A DNA stretch of 64,000 bases. It comes from Magallana gigas. Taxonomy: Eukaryota. The DNA lies in contig NC_088859.1 of assembly GCF_963853765.1 (NCBI RefSeq), positions 18,724,001-18,788,000 on the forward strand, written 5' to 3'. Every line of letters starts with the position of its first letter. Within the stretch, counting starts at the first letter, position 1. A model generated the notes under the pieces. It was not told the origin of the DNA. It searched no databases and saw only the letters and a program-made list of their open reading frames with translations. The position numbers were made by a program, and so were the translations under genes. Below are positions 1 through 11,369 of the stretch, piece by piece.

Positions 1-543
1 CCCAACCGTACCACTTCTAGGTACTATACCATTTACAGAACCAGTTCTCGACAGAAAACTGCCACTTCCAGCTGGCACTCCTCTAACACCCTGTATACCA
101 CTTGCAGAACCAGTGCCCACTGGGAAGCCTGCGAAATTAACACTTCCACTCGGTATAACACTCGCAGAACCAGTGCCCACTGGGAAGCCTGCGAAATTAA
201 CACTTCCTCTCGGTATACCACTCGCAGAACCAGTTCCCACTGGGAAGCCTGCGAAATTACCACCTGCACCCGGTATACCACTTGCAGAACCAGTTCCTAT
301 TGGGAAATTTCCAAAATTACCATTTAATGGTCCTTGACCAGAGGGAAAATTTCCAGCTCCTGGTGAGGGTACGCCGGAAAACGGGCTGATCTGACCGAAC
401 CCTAACGGCTCGTCAAGACTCGACTTCAAAGTTGGTCTTTGGAAACCAGCAGGCAGAGACTGTTCGTTCTGGGGATCCTCAATAACTAAAGCGTGGACTA
501 AGGTCCCTAGAAACAATACTAAGGTAAGTCTGACCTGCCCCAT
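1..543 (-). CDS. Secreted Gly/Ser/Pro-rich repeat protein, 5' part (runs off left edge; 181 codons without a stop)
   Basis: ATG at 543 opens MGQVRLTLVLFLGTLVHA|LVIEDPQNEQ (signal-peptide-like), followed by 20-aa repeats NFAGFPVGTGSASGIPxGxx. The frame is open to position 1. A possible acceptor (ctcatttag) lies just upstream of the ATG. Confidence 0.8.
   Translation of the reverse strand, partial: MGQVRLTLVLFLGTLVHALVIEDPQNEQSLPAGFQRPTLKSSLDEPLGFGQISPFSGVPSPGAGNFPSGQGPLNGNFGNFPIGTGSASGIPGAGGNFAGFPVGTGSASGIPRGSVNFAGFPVGTGSASVIPSGSVNFAGFPVGTGSASGIQGVRGVPAGSGSFLSRTGSVNGIVPRSGTVG
92..320. repeat. Coding tandem repeat, 60-bp unit, about 3.7 copies
   Basis: Unit c(a/c)ct(t/c)gcagaaccagt(g/t)cccactgggaagcctgcgaaatta recurs every 60 bp; it encodes the 20-aa repeat. 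Confidence 0.9.
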
Positions 544-2269
544 ATTAAGTTAGTTACTAAATGAGGGACACCATTAAGCTTATTGAGAAGGAGACATTTG
601 AGAATTTGACGTCAAACGCATTACACGCTCAAGTGCAAAAGATCTATCACGTTCAAAAAAAAAAAAAGACGGATTGTTGTATAAGAGGTAGAGATGCCTA
701 GTTCTGTGACCGTAGCTTGATGTTTCCTTTGATGATAAGGAAGTATTTATTTTCTTATGAAAGTATAATCGCGTGTACGATACTTGTATGGTGGAATTCT
801 ATTGTTTGTTGACAGCTGTTTTGAATTTACATACATAACTGATTGTGACCTACATGTACAAGGATTGATAGATCTTTGTTAAATGCATATTTTTAAAAGT
901 TATTTTCAGTTTTTCCCTTCTTGTTTCTTCATGCTAATCAATAACATGCGGGTTCAACACATGATAAAAAAGTTTTGATAGCTAACAATTTATGTTTAAA
1001 CGATTTAACAAGTAAATATCGAGAAAAAAAGGTATAAACTCTTTTGTGAAGTCGTTTAATTTCATTTAGATAATAACTGTATCATTATAATAAATAAAAT
1101 ATGTAATACTAGTCATTCGTGGATCTAGAGGGGAGTGATGGGGGTGGGGTCGGAAAATTTTAATCTACATATTATTAAATTCACATAATACATTTACTAA
1201 ATTTACTTAGGACCCCCCCTTTCCCGGGCAAACAAAAATGTATTCAAATCATAGTACATGAAAGATCCTTAGGTACAATAACTGCACAAAAGCCATCGCT
1301 AAGGAATATGTATATAATTGTATAGGTTGATAATATCAACATACTTTTCAAAATTTAAAAGCTTTGGAAACACCATAGCCATCAACACCATTAAAATTGT
1401 TCTACATGTGATAAAGTTAAATGAAAACTTTGTTTTTAAATTGCTCACACTAAAAGTTCAACCGCAAATCAATCAAAACAACGAAACACATAAGAGGCAT
1501 CTCGATTGAGTTCGTTCGCTGATATTTTAATTGAATAGGTTGATGTACATTTTAATGAATGTCTTTACGTACATTTACGTATACATTGATCAACGGAACA
1601 ACAATTCATATACATGTATGAATCATCAATAACAACTTGTACATGCGAAGAAATAGTTTTGAGATCAGTTTCAACTCTTACATAGAAAAAATATTCAACA
1701 GACGGGCATTCGACAACCTGGACTTTATCCCTTTTTAGGCAGAGTAATATAAAAAAAACCCAAACTTTTATTACGTTCAGCGTCTTTCAAAAGGGTTCTA
1801 AATGAGAAATTAAAATAAAAAGGTCAAAAATGGTGCCTTTGTTTTGTACCTTATCAATTGCAACTTCTCGAGCCGCTCCAAGAAGCGGAAAACAAAATTC
1901 TAATTAAATGTTTTATTTACGTATATACGTGTATGCGTCCATGACATCCCCTTTCATTACCATCTATATAAAAGGGCAAAATGCATGCACAGGGTGTCCC
2001 AGAATATCTGATACCATTTACTCCTTGAATAACTTTTGAATAAATCTATTAAAAAAAATATCAAATGCATTTTCAGAAATGTACATGTATATGATGTAAA
2101 TTTCACGAACATTTATAAGTTTTTGTTAAATTGAGTTTATAAAAACACAACAAATTTAATGAGAGTGCTCCAAATGACACCTTTTTTTAATGAATAACAA
2201 CAATACGACGATGAGTAAAATTCTACTCAACAGCCACTGCACGGATCCTTTTCTTCAAAGTTCTCACTA

Positions 2270-2463
2270 TACTGTGGAATCATTAAAATTCGTGGGGGCC
2301 AATTTTCGTGGATTGCTGAAATTTTATAGGTTTGTGGGAATGTTATTTCGTGTATTTCCTTATACCCTCCAAACGAAATATGACTTTATAACCCTAATTT
2401 ATTAATTCTTGGAGGATGTTAACTCGTGGTTGAGAGGTAACCTAATCTAATGATTCCACAGAA
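2270..2463 (+). mobile_element. MITE with 14-bp TIR CTGTGGAATCATTA (TA-target, Tc1/mariner-type), copy 1
   Basis: tactgtggaatcatta ... taatgattccacag with internal TTCGTGG motifs; two more copies at 30456 and 30735. Confidence 0.85.
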
Positions 2464-3115
2464 TTAAAAAATATGCCGTATGTTGGGAAGTTTTCCCCTA
2501 AAATATTCTTTTTTCATAATTCGTACAACTATTTCGTCTGTGTTGAATAATACAGTTTGACAACGGAAATGCCTAATGTCTTGTCCAATTCACCTCGATT
2601 AAATTCATTTCAACCACAGATTTATGTGGCAATTTGGTTCATTATTATACAAAGAACAAAGTTTTTCTCCCCAACATTTTTGTGGAAAAAAAAATTAAAC
2701 TATTTTACTTTTTATTTGAGTCACAATTGATTTCGGCCAAATATAATAAAAATGTAATTTATACGAATTTTAAATGGAATCAGATATATATTCTGGGACA
2801 GCCTGTACTCTGTTGAGATTTGATTTAAACGTTTTCAAATTCAATAATATAACTTAGGATGGGTATACAGACGACACAGTCATGGCTGTCTAACTTCTAA
2901 TTGATGGAGAGCGACTCCATTTTGCATTTTAATATCCGTATATTACACCCGGGGTGTATTTCCAAGCTTTGCTGAAAATGAACGATAATCTGCGATCTGT
3001 ACCTACAAGGTCGAGTGTCTGAGATTCAACCATGCCATTATTTGCAGCGGGCAGTTTTGTTTTGGTTTTTTTTTTTGGGGGGGGGGGGGGAGTAATATAC
3101 GTAATTTCCTGTCGC

Positions 3116-3370
3116 TTAGGAACATGAAAATCGCTTGGACTTGATATTCATCCGCGTGACTCCGCACTGCTTCAGAGCCTGACTACTTCTCTTGTTGACC
3201 GGAGCGTCACACATGTGTGGCACCTTGACATTATCGTGCTCACGTATGAAGACTTCGTCTAACATGTCCTGGTGAATCATACATGACTGCCTCACTTTGG
3301 ACTTCTTGATTTCTGCGTAGATGTGGAGAAATTTCTTGGCGATTATTTGGTCCTCTTGTCTAATATCATT
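3116..3370 (-). CDS. FAM167: FAM167-family (DUF3259) protein, exon 2 (terminal)
   Basis: Acceptor tacgtAG|AAT at 3371. Translates NDIRQEDQIIAKKFLHIYAEIKKSKVRQSCMIHQDMLDEV...LKQCGVTRMNIKSKRFSCS*, matching the FAM167 C-terminus (..MRLQDQQLARQL..C..H..ML..; LK.IGVTKMNINSRRFSLC). Length 255 nt, phase 0. Confidence 0.88.
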   Translation of the reverse strand, partial: NDIRQEDQIIAKKFLHIYAEIKKSKVRQSCMIHQDMLDEVFIREHDNVKVPHMCDAPVNKRSSQALKQCGVTRMNIKSKRFSCS

Positions 3371-4696
3371 CTACGTAATAAATATAAAGAAAATATATAC
3401 ATCTAAGCAACCCAACTTAACATGCATAAAACAGTCATTATTAATTTGAGCATTGTAAAGCAATGAATTAAATGACATTTATCCCCACGGCAAAAGAATA
3501 TATACATTATGTATAAACGTAACCTAAAGAAAATATGGAAATAACCGTGATCTGCGGTGTACATTTAAAACTTATTTATATCGCTGATTAGCTTTATAAC
3601 CTTGTAAATTAATCACGATAAACTATCAGGGCCTGAAAAAAATTAATAACAAAAAATATGTATAGTTTATGTGTATTGAGTTTTAATGATTAACGTCCAA
3701 TAGCGAGCTTTCATCCGAATTTATTAACAACTCTCGTATATATAAAATTATGATGTACTTTTTATTTGAATTTAAAGATGTAAAAATTTCGTGCAAAACT
3801 AAGATTCAGCAAGTGCATATTAAAAACAGTCTCTGAAAAAGTCCTTACTTCTCTTCCGCAAAAATAAGCGCAATTATCTTGCCCTCTCTCTTCAATCTAT
3901 TATTCTTTTGTCTTCATTTAATTGTTTTTGGATATTAACAAATAAAGTAGCACGTGGACAATCACAGGCGAGGTAATTCAAAGCTTTAGTTTTTGGTAGA
4001 GTCAGTAATTCATTTTTCTAAATATCCCCGAAATACGATTGAATAAATTTGTATTATTTGTGTGAAAGTTATTACAGTAACTGATACTCCTTTATATAGT
4101 TATATTGAAGAAAAATGCATTATAATTTTCTTTATAAAAAGTATACCATTATACGCCTCTGGGGATTTTTTTATCTAGAGAAAAGTATTTACTAAAATTT
4201 GATCTTTTTAGACCAAATATTGTTAAATTTAACGAGCACTTTTCCTCAAACAACGTGAGCTTATTAAGCAAGTTATGTAAATTTATAAGTATTGTTAACG
4301 AGAAGGCTAAACCTCCTGGTTATTAATCTACATAAAAAATTGTACTTTAATACTTCATATATATATATATTTTGTAGAGAACCATTATAATTGTTTATTT
4401 TTTTTTTTCTCTACTCACGCATAAAGTATATATTGTGTATACGTTTGTAATATTCTCTATGTTGTAAATTACAACCAAAGAGATAAAATAAACTGTTCAA
4501 CTGTTCAAATGTTATCCGTATAATTGTGTCATTAGAATGAAGGTAATCAACCTAATGAGGCGAAACTGTACATTGTATATGTAAATTGATATACTCGTAA
4601 ACATTGAGAACTTATGTCAATTTTATTAATTATTCAAATTACAGATGCTATTTTTGAAAAGTCATATAGTGTAAGATAATCACAGCTTATACTTAC

Positions 4697-5053
4697 TAGG
4701 GTTTTGAGTACATACTGCAATTTCTGCTCTAGTGACATTCCAAAGGTCGGATCATTCGTAGTGTTTTTCTCACTTTCCACACATTCCGTGACGTCAGCAA
4801 GAGACCCTCGAGTGCACGAGAACTTCTTCCGCATTACAGCTGCGGGGATCACCTCGGATCCATCCGAAATCACGTCCCGAGAGCCTCGTCTTCGCATTGC
4901 ATATTCGGTTATTTCTTCTAGCAAGTCACTGCTCGAGGCCCTCCGAAGAGGTTTCATCAGCCAAGAGTTCTTGATCGACTCAATGTCGTCTTTCGGTTGA
5001 AGTTTCAATTTTTTGGAGATCTCGATCAATGCGGACAAATGATCCTGGCTCAT
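4697..5053 (-). CDS. FAM167: FAM167-family protein, exon 1 (MSQDHL...LQYVLKTL); about 203 aa with exon 2
   Basis: First ATG is at 5053 (the ORF-track start at 5068 is GTG). Donor CTA|GTAAGT at 4696 is phase 0 and compatible with exon 2. The ORF-track tail VSISCD... is intronic read-through. Confidence 0.85.
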
Positions 5054-5193
5054 GATGGATCCACACACAACGTTAGCACACTTGTGGGGAGATTGTTACT
5101 CATATTTATGTTTACATGGGCGAGATTTTCTCGAGCTCGATCCGGAGTTTCCGGAGAGACAGGAAGAGTTTTAACGATGAATAGACAAGAGCC

Positions 5194-5204
5194 TTTATTA
5201 TATA
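5194..5204 (-). promoter_or_regulatory. Candidate TATA box for the FAM167-like gene
   Basis: TATATAATAAA on the minus strand about 140 bp upstream of the ATG; motif match only. Confidence 0.3.
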
Positions 5205-6012
5205 CATAATGAGCGTGTGTACTCTAAATGTACTTCACAAGATAGTCGTAAGTCGGACGTTGATAATCTTAAGTAGTCGCACTTTGTTTTATGGGAAAGA
5301 AAGTCAATTATGAGTCAGCAATTAAGTAAAAATGTGTAACGGAATAATACAATTTCGGATACATATGTTATATGTATAACATGTATATTATTTGAACTAA
5401 CCGCCCACTTGTCTATATTCCTGACTGTTTACAACTTCAAAGTAATCATTTTTAATTTCTATCAATTGAAAAAAATTGTTACTTATATTGCAGCTACAAT
5501 TAATTTCTCATAACTCCCTGTACATGTTGTTTAGAGAATACTAACATAAGTACGTGTGTACTTGCATTTAGACTCATACATGGTCGAATAAGCACGAGGG
5601 GTGGGGGTGGGGGGGGGGCACTTTGCTGCTGTTCTTTCTTTTAGATATATCCTGTGCCTTTAAAAGAATATTCTTTAGCTTTTAAAATAGTTAATCATTC
5701 ATAAAAGGACATTTTAACATTCGTAATTAATTTAATAGGTACATGTAACTGTTAAATTATTTATTCGTATAGTACAATAAACTGCAAATGTATATGCAAT
5801 ATTTGAAATGTCGTTTTAGCAATATTTAATCACACTGATGTTTAGTCACGTTGGTTTGCATTTAAACTGAAAACATAATTGTTGTTCTTAACGGTCATAG
5901 CCGGTAACCTACGAGTGATTTACATCGCTCCTCTGTATTTTGCAGATTTAGAAATGTAGTTTGCACCAACGTCTGTACCTACATAACGTAACTTCCGAAT
6001 TCGAAAATCGAA

Positions 6013-8745
6013 TCATTCAGAGGGGGCTTCTCGAGAATAGATAACATCAGATCCTTTTTCGCAAATAGCGACTTTTAGTATATGCTCCAACAACCCTGCA
6101 AGTTGTGCAAATTTCTCCGGTTCTTGCATCGCGTCGTTCATCGTCTCAATGCCGAACAGGTTTTTACTTGGATTGAAAAACGATGGAAGAAATCGTTTCT
6201 CTATGCTCAGTTTGTATCGTTTTAAGATTCTTTCTGCCCATTCCCTTGTCGTTTGATCCTTGTTCTGTTCTTCCTTTATTTCCGGTCCGGATGATGTCTT
6301 GTGACAGCTGTACCACTCGTGAAGAAGACAGGTTTTTAGGTGATAGGTGGTGACGTATCTTTTGACAGCCCTGCCATTATCATGGTCCACAATTTGCGGG
6401 AAATATCCCGATTCTATTAAGATTTTCAAAAGGATGTATCCCTTTTTAATTGGATATGGGATACTTTTGACGATGCTCTGCTCCAGATACGCAAATGAGA
6501 TTCGATAAAACAGAGTGAAGTCTTTCACATGAAATCGATCCGGTGTCTTCATGATCGCTGAAAAATTACTTTGTGAGATGTTTACACAGAAAACCTCGTC
6601 TAATTTTTGAAAATTTTTCGGTAACCAATTGTCAAATTCAAGAGCAGGAACAATGTCTACCGATGTTTCAAACATTTTCGCTTCGTGTCCGAAAACTAGA
6701 AATCTGAAACTCGAGATACTGCACCATATTTCTTTCAAAGATTGTAGAAGTGCAACATGGTTGAAAGATTCCTGTTCCTTCAGAATCAAGAGCAACTCTT
6801 CATTCGCAGTTTTATAGAAATCAAGAAGAAACAATTGGCTGTCAAGAAAGCCGTCTTCCGTGATATATTTTGCATATATAATTTTTTCTTCTTCTGATTT
6901 CAGTTTCACCATCACGAAATTTTCTGGGTACTCTTCATTTTCAACAGGTTCGAATGACTTCGATAAATGTGACAAAATGAATAAATAATCAAACTCGTTT
7001 GGGATTTTAACTTTAGTTCCTTCGTGCATACTTCCCGCAAGCTTCAAATGACACGAAAATTGAGGATTTTTTGCACCTAGTCTTTCAGCCAACAAATTGA
7101 ATAATCGATGGAACATTTCTGGAATCCAATGATTGTCTTGTAGAGGATAGAACAATCCCATCTCGGTTAAAGTCAGGGCTTTTTGCCAACAAGATTGAAT
7201 GGAAGTTTTGTGCAAATTCAGGTGATCGAGATACATTTCATGGTGTAATATCTCATTTTCTTTTCTCATATATCTCAAGTGGGGACAGGCAATTAATGGA
7301 TCAGCGCCACTGCATTCTAGATTAGGATACTGCAGTTCAAGGCAATCCAGATCCTTAAATCGTTCTTCTTCGATTAACCAAGAAAAATGCGAAAAATTTA
7401 ACATTTCTGCAAACATTGCTGGCGTGTTACCAGACTTATCCTTTATAGTATAATCACAGCCAACTTGCAATAAGGTCTGCGCGGCAAATTTCTTCTTGAA
7501 CCACACAGCCCAATGCAGGGCGGTGGATCCGTAGTCGTCCACTACGTTTAAGTCATGGTTTCCGTCCAGATAAAAATGAATGGTAACATGTAGCATGTTG
7601 TAGTGTCTAGTTGCCCAATGAAGGGCTGTAGCACCAGTTTTAGTCCTCTGCATGACGTCAGCACCACAGTCGAGCAGGGCAACGAGAATGTCCAACTCGT
7701 TCGTCAAAGTGGCCATATGAAGAGGTGAAATCCCGTCTGTACTTCGTTCATTCACACTGACGCCGGCTTTGACTAGGTACGTGATAACCTCTGCCCTACG
7801 TTCTAGTTCGGTTTGACTATATTCCATGTCCACTTGTTCTACGGCACAGAAAATTTCATTTTTCCCTCTCGCATCTTTGTTATTCACGATCACACTTCGT
7901 TTCAAGAGTTCTTCCAGCGTTTCAACTGTTGTATGTTTCGAAATGACGGCGTGATGGATCACTGTTTTACCGGAATCATCTTTTCCGTTGATATCGAGTC
8001 CTTTTTCTATCAGCATATCCAATATCTCTTGAACACCTTCTAAATGTGCATTTTCTGCAAGGTAGTGAAATATCGACTCTCCCAATCTGTTTTTGACGTA
8101 GATGTCGGCTCCATTTTCGATAAGATATATCATGGACTCGGCGTCTCCAACACCAGCCATGATGTGTAAGGGAGTGTCGCCATTATTGTCCCTACTATTC
8201 ACAGGTACACCCCTTTCTAGCAATTTTTTCATCAATGAACATCTATCTTTTTCTTGACACTTTGAAACCAAATGTAGAAAACTTCCTCCGGTAAGGAGAT
8301 CTTTCTCCAAAACATTTAACACTCTGTCTATCAATTGCACCAAAGCAAGATTCGGGAGTACGCCTTTTGAGAAGAGATGAAGAAAGTCCGTTTGTCCGTT
8401 GATGTTCTTGTAATTGATCTTGGCTCCATTCTGGATAAGAAAGTGTACGATTTCTGTTGTGATTTCTGAGCTGCTTTTTCGTTCACCGAGAGCTTGTAAC
8501 AGAACCGTTTGTTTGAAACAATCAGTATGGTTAACGTCTGCTCCCGCTTCTGTTAGCTGACGAACGAGATTTACCGTGCGATTTGGAGAAATAATGACGT
8601 CATAAAGCCCTTGTCCAAGAACACGAGTCTTGTCTCCTTGAGTCATATCGTCGCGTACATCTCGTAATGATTGGATAAGGTGCATAATTTCCTTGGTATC
8701 ACCCGTGGAGATGGCTTCCTTGAAATTGTTTTTGAAATCCTCCAT
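6013..8745 (-). CDS. Ankyrin-repeat cGAS-like receptor (cGLR; Mab-21/cGAS nucleotidyltransferase), 910 aa, single coding exon
   Basis: About 11-12 ANK repeats (GDTPLH, GISPLH, GATALH, GSTALH; about 7390-8620). These are followed by AGSMHEGTKVKIPNEFDY (GS-x11-EFD), VDIVPA (third carboxylate), RISFAYLE and TYHLKT of the Mab-21 fold. An acceptor ctttaAG lies 5 nt before the ATG. Confidence 0.93.
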   Translation of the reverse strand: MEDFKNNFKEAISTGDTKEIMHLIQSLRDVRDDMTQGDKTRVLGQGLYDVIISPNRTVNLVRQLTEAGADVNHTDCFKQTVLLQALGERKSSSEITTEIVHFLIQNGAKINYKNINGQTDFLHLFSKGVLPNLALVQLIDRVLNVLEKDLLTGGSFLHLVSKCQEKDRCSLMKKLLERGVPVNSRDNNGDTPLHIMAGVGDAESMIYLIENGADIYVKNRLGESIFHYLAENAHLEGVQEILDMLIEKGLDINGKDDSGKTVIHHAVISKHTTVETLEELLKRSVIVNNKDARGKNEIFCAVEQVDMEYSQTELERRAEVITYLVKAGVSVNERSTDGISPLHMATLTNELDILVALLDCGADVMQRTKTGATALHWATRHYNMLHVTIHFYLDGNHDLNVVDDYGSTALHWAVWFKKKFAAQTLLQVGCDYTIKDKSGNTPAMFAEMLNFSHFSWLIEEERFKDLDCLELQYPNLECSGADPLIACPHLRYMRKENEILHHEMYLDHLNLHKTSIQSCWQKALTLTEMGLFYPLQDNHWIPEMFHRLFNLLAERLGAKNPQFSCHLKLAGSMHEGTKVKIPNEFDYLFILSHLSKSFEPVENEEYPENFVMVKLKSEEEKIIYAKYITEDGFLDSQLFLLDFYKTANEELLLILKEQESFNHVALLQSLKEIWCSISSFRFLVFGHEAKMFETSVDIVPALEFDNWLPKNFQKLDEVFCVNISQSNFSAIMKTPDRFHVKDFTLFYRISFAYLEQSIVKSIPYPIKKGYILLKILIESGYFPQIVDHDNGRAVKRYVTTYHLKTCLLHEWYSCHKTSSGPEIKEEQNKDQTTREWAERILKRYKLSIEKRFLPSFFNPSKNLFGIETMNDAMQEPEKFAQLAGLLEHILKVAICEKGSDVIYSREAPSE

Positions 8746-9014
8746 CGTTACTTAAAGAAATTCAGTTTAATGAACTATTACATAATTATATACAAGTAAA
8801 AGTACAATCTGCATATCTCATTATTTAACTTGCAACGTTTTATTATATAGAAAACAGCAATAATGTGCATATGTTTTAGCCAGTCATTAGAAACCTCATG
8901 AATTTTTATCGTCTTTCCTCTTTACATTCTAAACTCAATATATAACTGAACTCTTATGTACACTGTAATATAGACGTTTCAAAAAATGTAGACGTAAGCA
9001 AAAAATTTCAATTA

Positions 9015-9251
9015 TTAGGCCAAAATAAAATTATTGTTTGTGTAGAATTGCCTCCCGGCTCATTAAAATACCCCCGCTGATAATTTTTTAGCAAAATATA
9101 AAAGAACTTTTTTATATATGGAGATTTCTATTTCTTACCATTTTTTAAAATTATTAATTAAACTTTAAGTTTGAAAAAAAAAATCCCTCCTGGGTCTAGA
9201 AAAACCCCTAGGCGGCAATTCCAAACAAACATTTTTTAAATGATGGCCTTA
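9015..9251. mobile_element. Degenerate short TIR element (MITE) upstream of the cGLR
   Basis: ttaggccaaaataaaattattgtttgtgtagaattgcc versus ggcaattccaaacaaacattttttaaatgatggcctta: an imperfect inverted repeat of about 40 bp. Confidence 0.45.
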
Positions 9252-9605
9252 GCCTACGATATGTATATGGCAGGGTTTTTCAAGTTCAGTGAAATCGTAC
9301 ATGCATATTTTATTTACTAATGAATAAAGTTCCGTGCCAATGATTTTAAATCAGGCTTTTAAACGACATCTATTTATAAATATGGATATTTTAAACACGC
9401 TTTACTGTTCAACGTACAATGTACATTTTGGTTTGCATCTGCAAGAATTGATTATCATCAAAACACTGAACAATTATGCCAAAAACCGACTGCGATTAAA
9501 CAAACATATTTTACTTACCGTTTCACTTTGAAATGGAAAGTCTCTTAGAAATGAGTCATGGGTCTGGATACGGCAAACAAAGAAGAGTAAGACTCCAAGG
9601 AAGGA

Positions 9606-9751
9606 NNNNNNNNNNNNNNNNNNNNNNNNNNNNNNNNNNNNNNNNNNNNNNNNNNNNNNNNNNNNNNNNNNNNNNNNNNNNNNNNNNNNNNNNNNNNNNN
9701 NNNNNNNNNNNNNNNNNNNNNNNNNNNNNNNNNNNNNNNNNNNNNNNNNNN
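9606..9751. other. Assembly gap (146 N)
   Basis: Run of N. Confidence 1.
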
Positions 9752-10715
9752 TATAATTCAAAACGGAATCTCAAATTTTTTGTTTAGTTTTACTAATATC
9801 TAATCTGGTTTTGTATCATAGTCACATGCGTCGTTTTCAAGATCCATCTCAACACGCTAAGCACATGTATATAAAATGTCAAATCACGCGTACCATAATT
9901 AGTATTTGTTAAATTTAAAACAAGGGATGTAAACTGACAAGTACCACTTTAATCTTTATACTCATAGAGAGCATTTTTTACTTACATGTTGTTGGTGTTT
10001 GTTTGTTTATTTTTTGTTTATTTTTTTTTGGGGGGGGGGGGGGTTTACCATTTAACGCTTTCCTTATTGTCATTTATAACAAGATTTAATGCACAGGTTG
10101 ATGAAGTTTGATGAACGGAATTTAAAAAGGAATTATTTAAAGTATTGTCTCAACCATGCCCTTTTTACCACCCTTTCTTTCAGAACGATTTTTACATTAT
10201 GCAAAGATAAATAGAATAGAGAGTCCCCCTTCACTGGGTTAGACCCCCCCCCCCCCCCCCCCCCGATAATATTATCATATGGTTTAAAATGATTAATTTC
10301 GTTCTCAAAAGTAATGTTTGTGCGTATTTGGAGAATATTTTCACCTTCTTTTGACCACTTTTTGTCAAAGTTCAATTAAGACACGATTTTTTACAAACTA
10401 AAATGGGACCCAAACACTGTTCATGGGTGTGACTACGCCACTGCAAATAGTATCATAGAAAACAATTGATACCATGTTTTGAATGCTTATTTTATCATTT
10501 GCTTAAAATTGAATTTAAATGAAAAAATCTGGTTCCATGTGATGACTTTGGCAAGATCCCCACTGAGAATAGCTGATAACAAGAAGCACCATCACTTGAC
10601 GATTTGCAGAGCGATAGACAACACGTACTTTTCCAGTGTGGATAAAAGACGAGAATTACCGCTCCGCAAATTCATTAAAGGAGAGGTAATAAGAACTCTT
10701 ACTATTTTATTTTGA

Positions 10716-10985
10716 AAAAGCCGCTGAGGGCTTTTCTGTCGCTGAGGACAGATCTGGAGCTTTAAGTTAATGCATGAATTTTTTTTAAAAAGCCGATGAG
10801 GGCCATAAGTTCTTTCTGTTGCTGAGGACAGAACTTATAGTTAATGTACTGAAATTTAAAAGCCGCTGAGGGCTTTTCTGTCGCTGAGGACAGAGCTTAA
10901 AGTTCATGCATGAAATTTTAAAAAAGCCGATGAGGGCCATAAGTTCTTTCTGTCGCTGAGGACAGAACTTAGAGTTAATGCATGG
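10716..10985. repeat. Dimeric (ABAB) minisatellite, about 65-72-bp monomers, about 135-140-bp higher-order period
   Basis: agccgctgagggcttttctgtcgctgaggacaga at 10719 and 10861 alternates with agccgatgagggccataagttctttctgt(t/c)gctgaggacaga at 10791 and 10925. Confidence 0.88.
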
Positions 10986-11369
10986 GAATTGTTTTTGGCT
11001 ACACTCCCATGCAAGTAATTAAACACACTCGCAAATTTGTCTACGTCACCTAGACGTACGTTTGTCAATACTTTGCTCTACGACAGGGAGTCAAACGGCT
11101 TGTGTGAGTCTACTTTGCGTGACCTAGTCTATCCGCAAATCCAAAGCGAGCAAATTGCTGGTGCACTGTCTTATTATGACATTGTAGGAGTTCTTTGTGA
11201 GTTCTATATAAAAAAAAATCTGTTGGTGGGCAGCAGATCTTTTTTTTGTGCAATTGAAGTTATACATTTCTTTATAACAATAAAGTGTTAATCCGCTCAA
11301 TTTGCCGCTAAATGTATTTTGTATATAGCGTAGTGATTACAAAGATAAAATCGAAACAAAAAGAAGTCA

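Noticed and set aside
33-337. ORF-track proteins 33..281(-) and 113..337(+)
   Set aside because: They are alternative frames of the 60-bp coding repeat; only the frame starting at 543(-) has an ATG and a signal peptide.
4704-5000. Plus-strand ORFs overlapping real genes (4704, 20290, 20755, 24710, 32574, 51872, 56506-57935)
   Set aside because: They are antisense shadows of coding sequence with no recognisable domains.
9474-9787. ORFs spanning the N gaps (also 48395-48842)
   Set aside because: They are artefacts of translating N runs.
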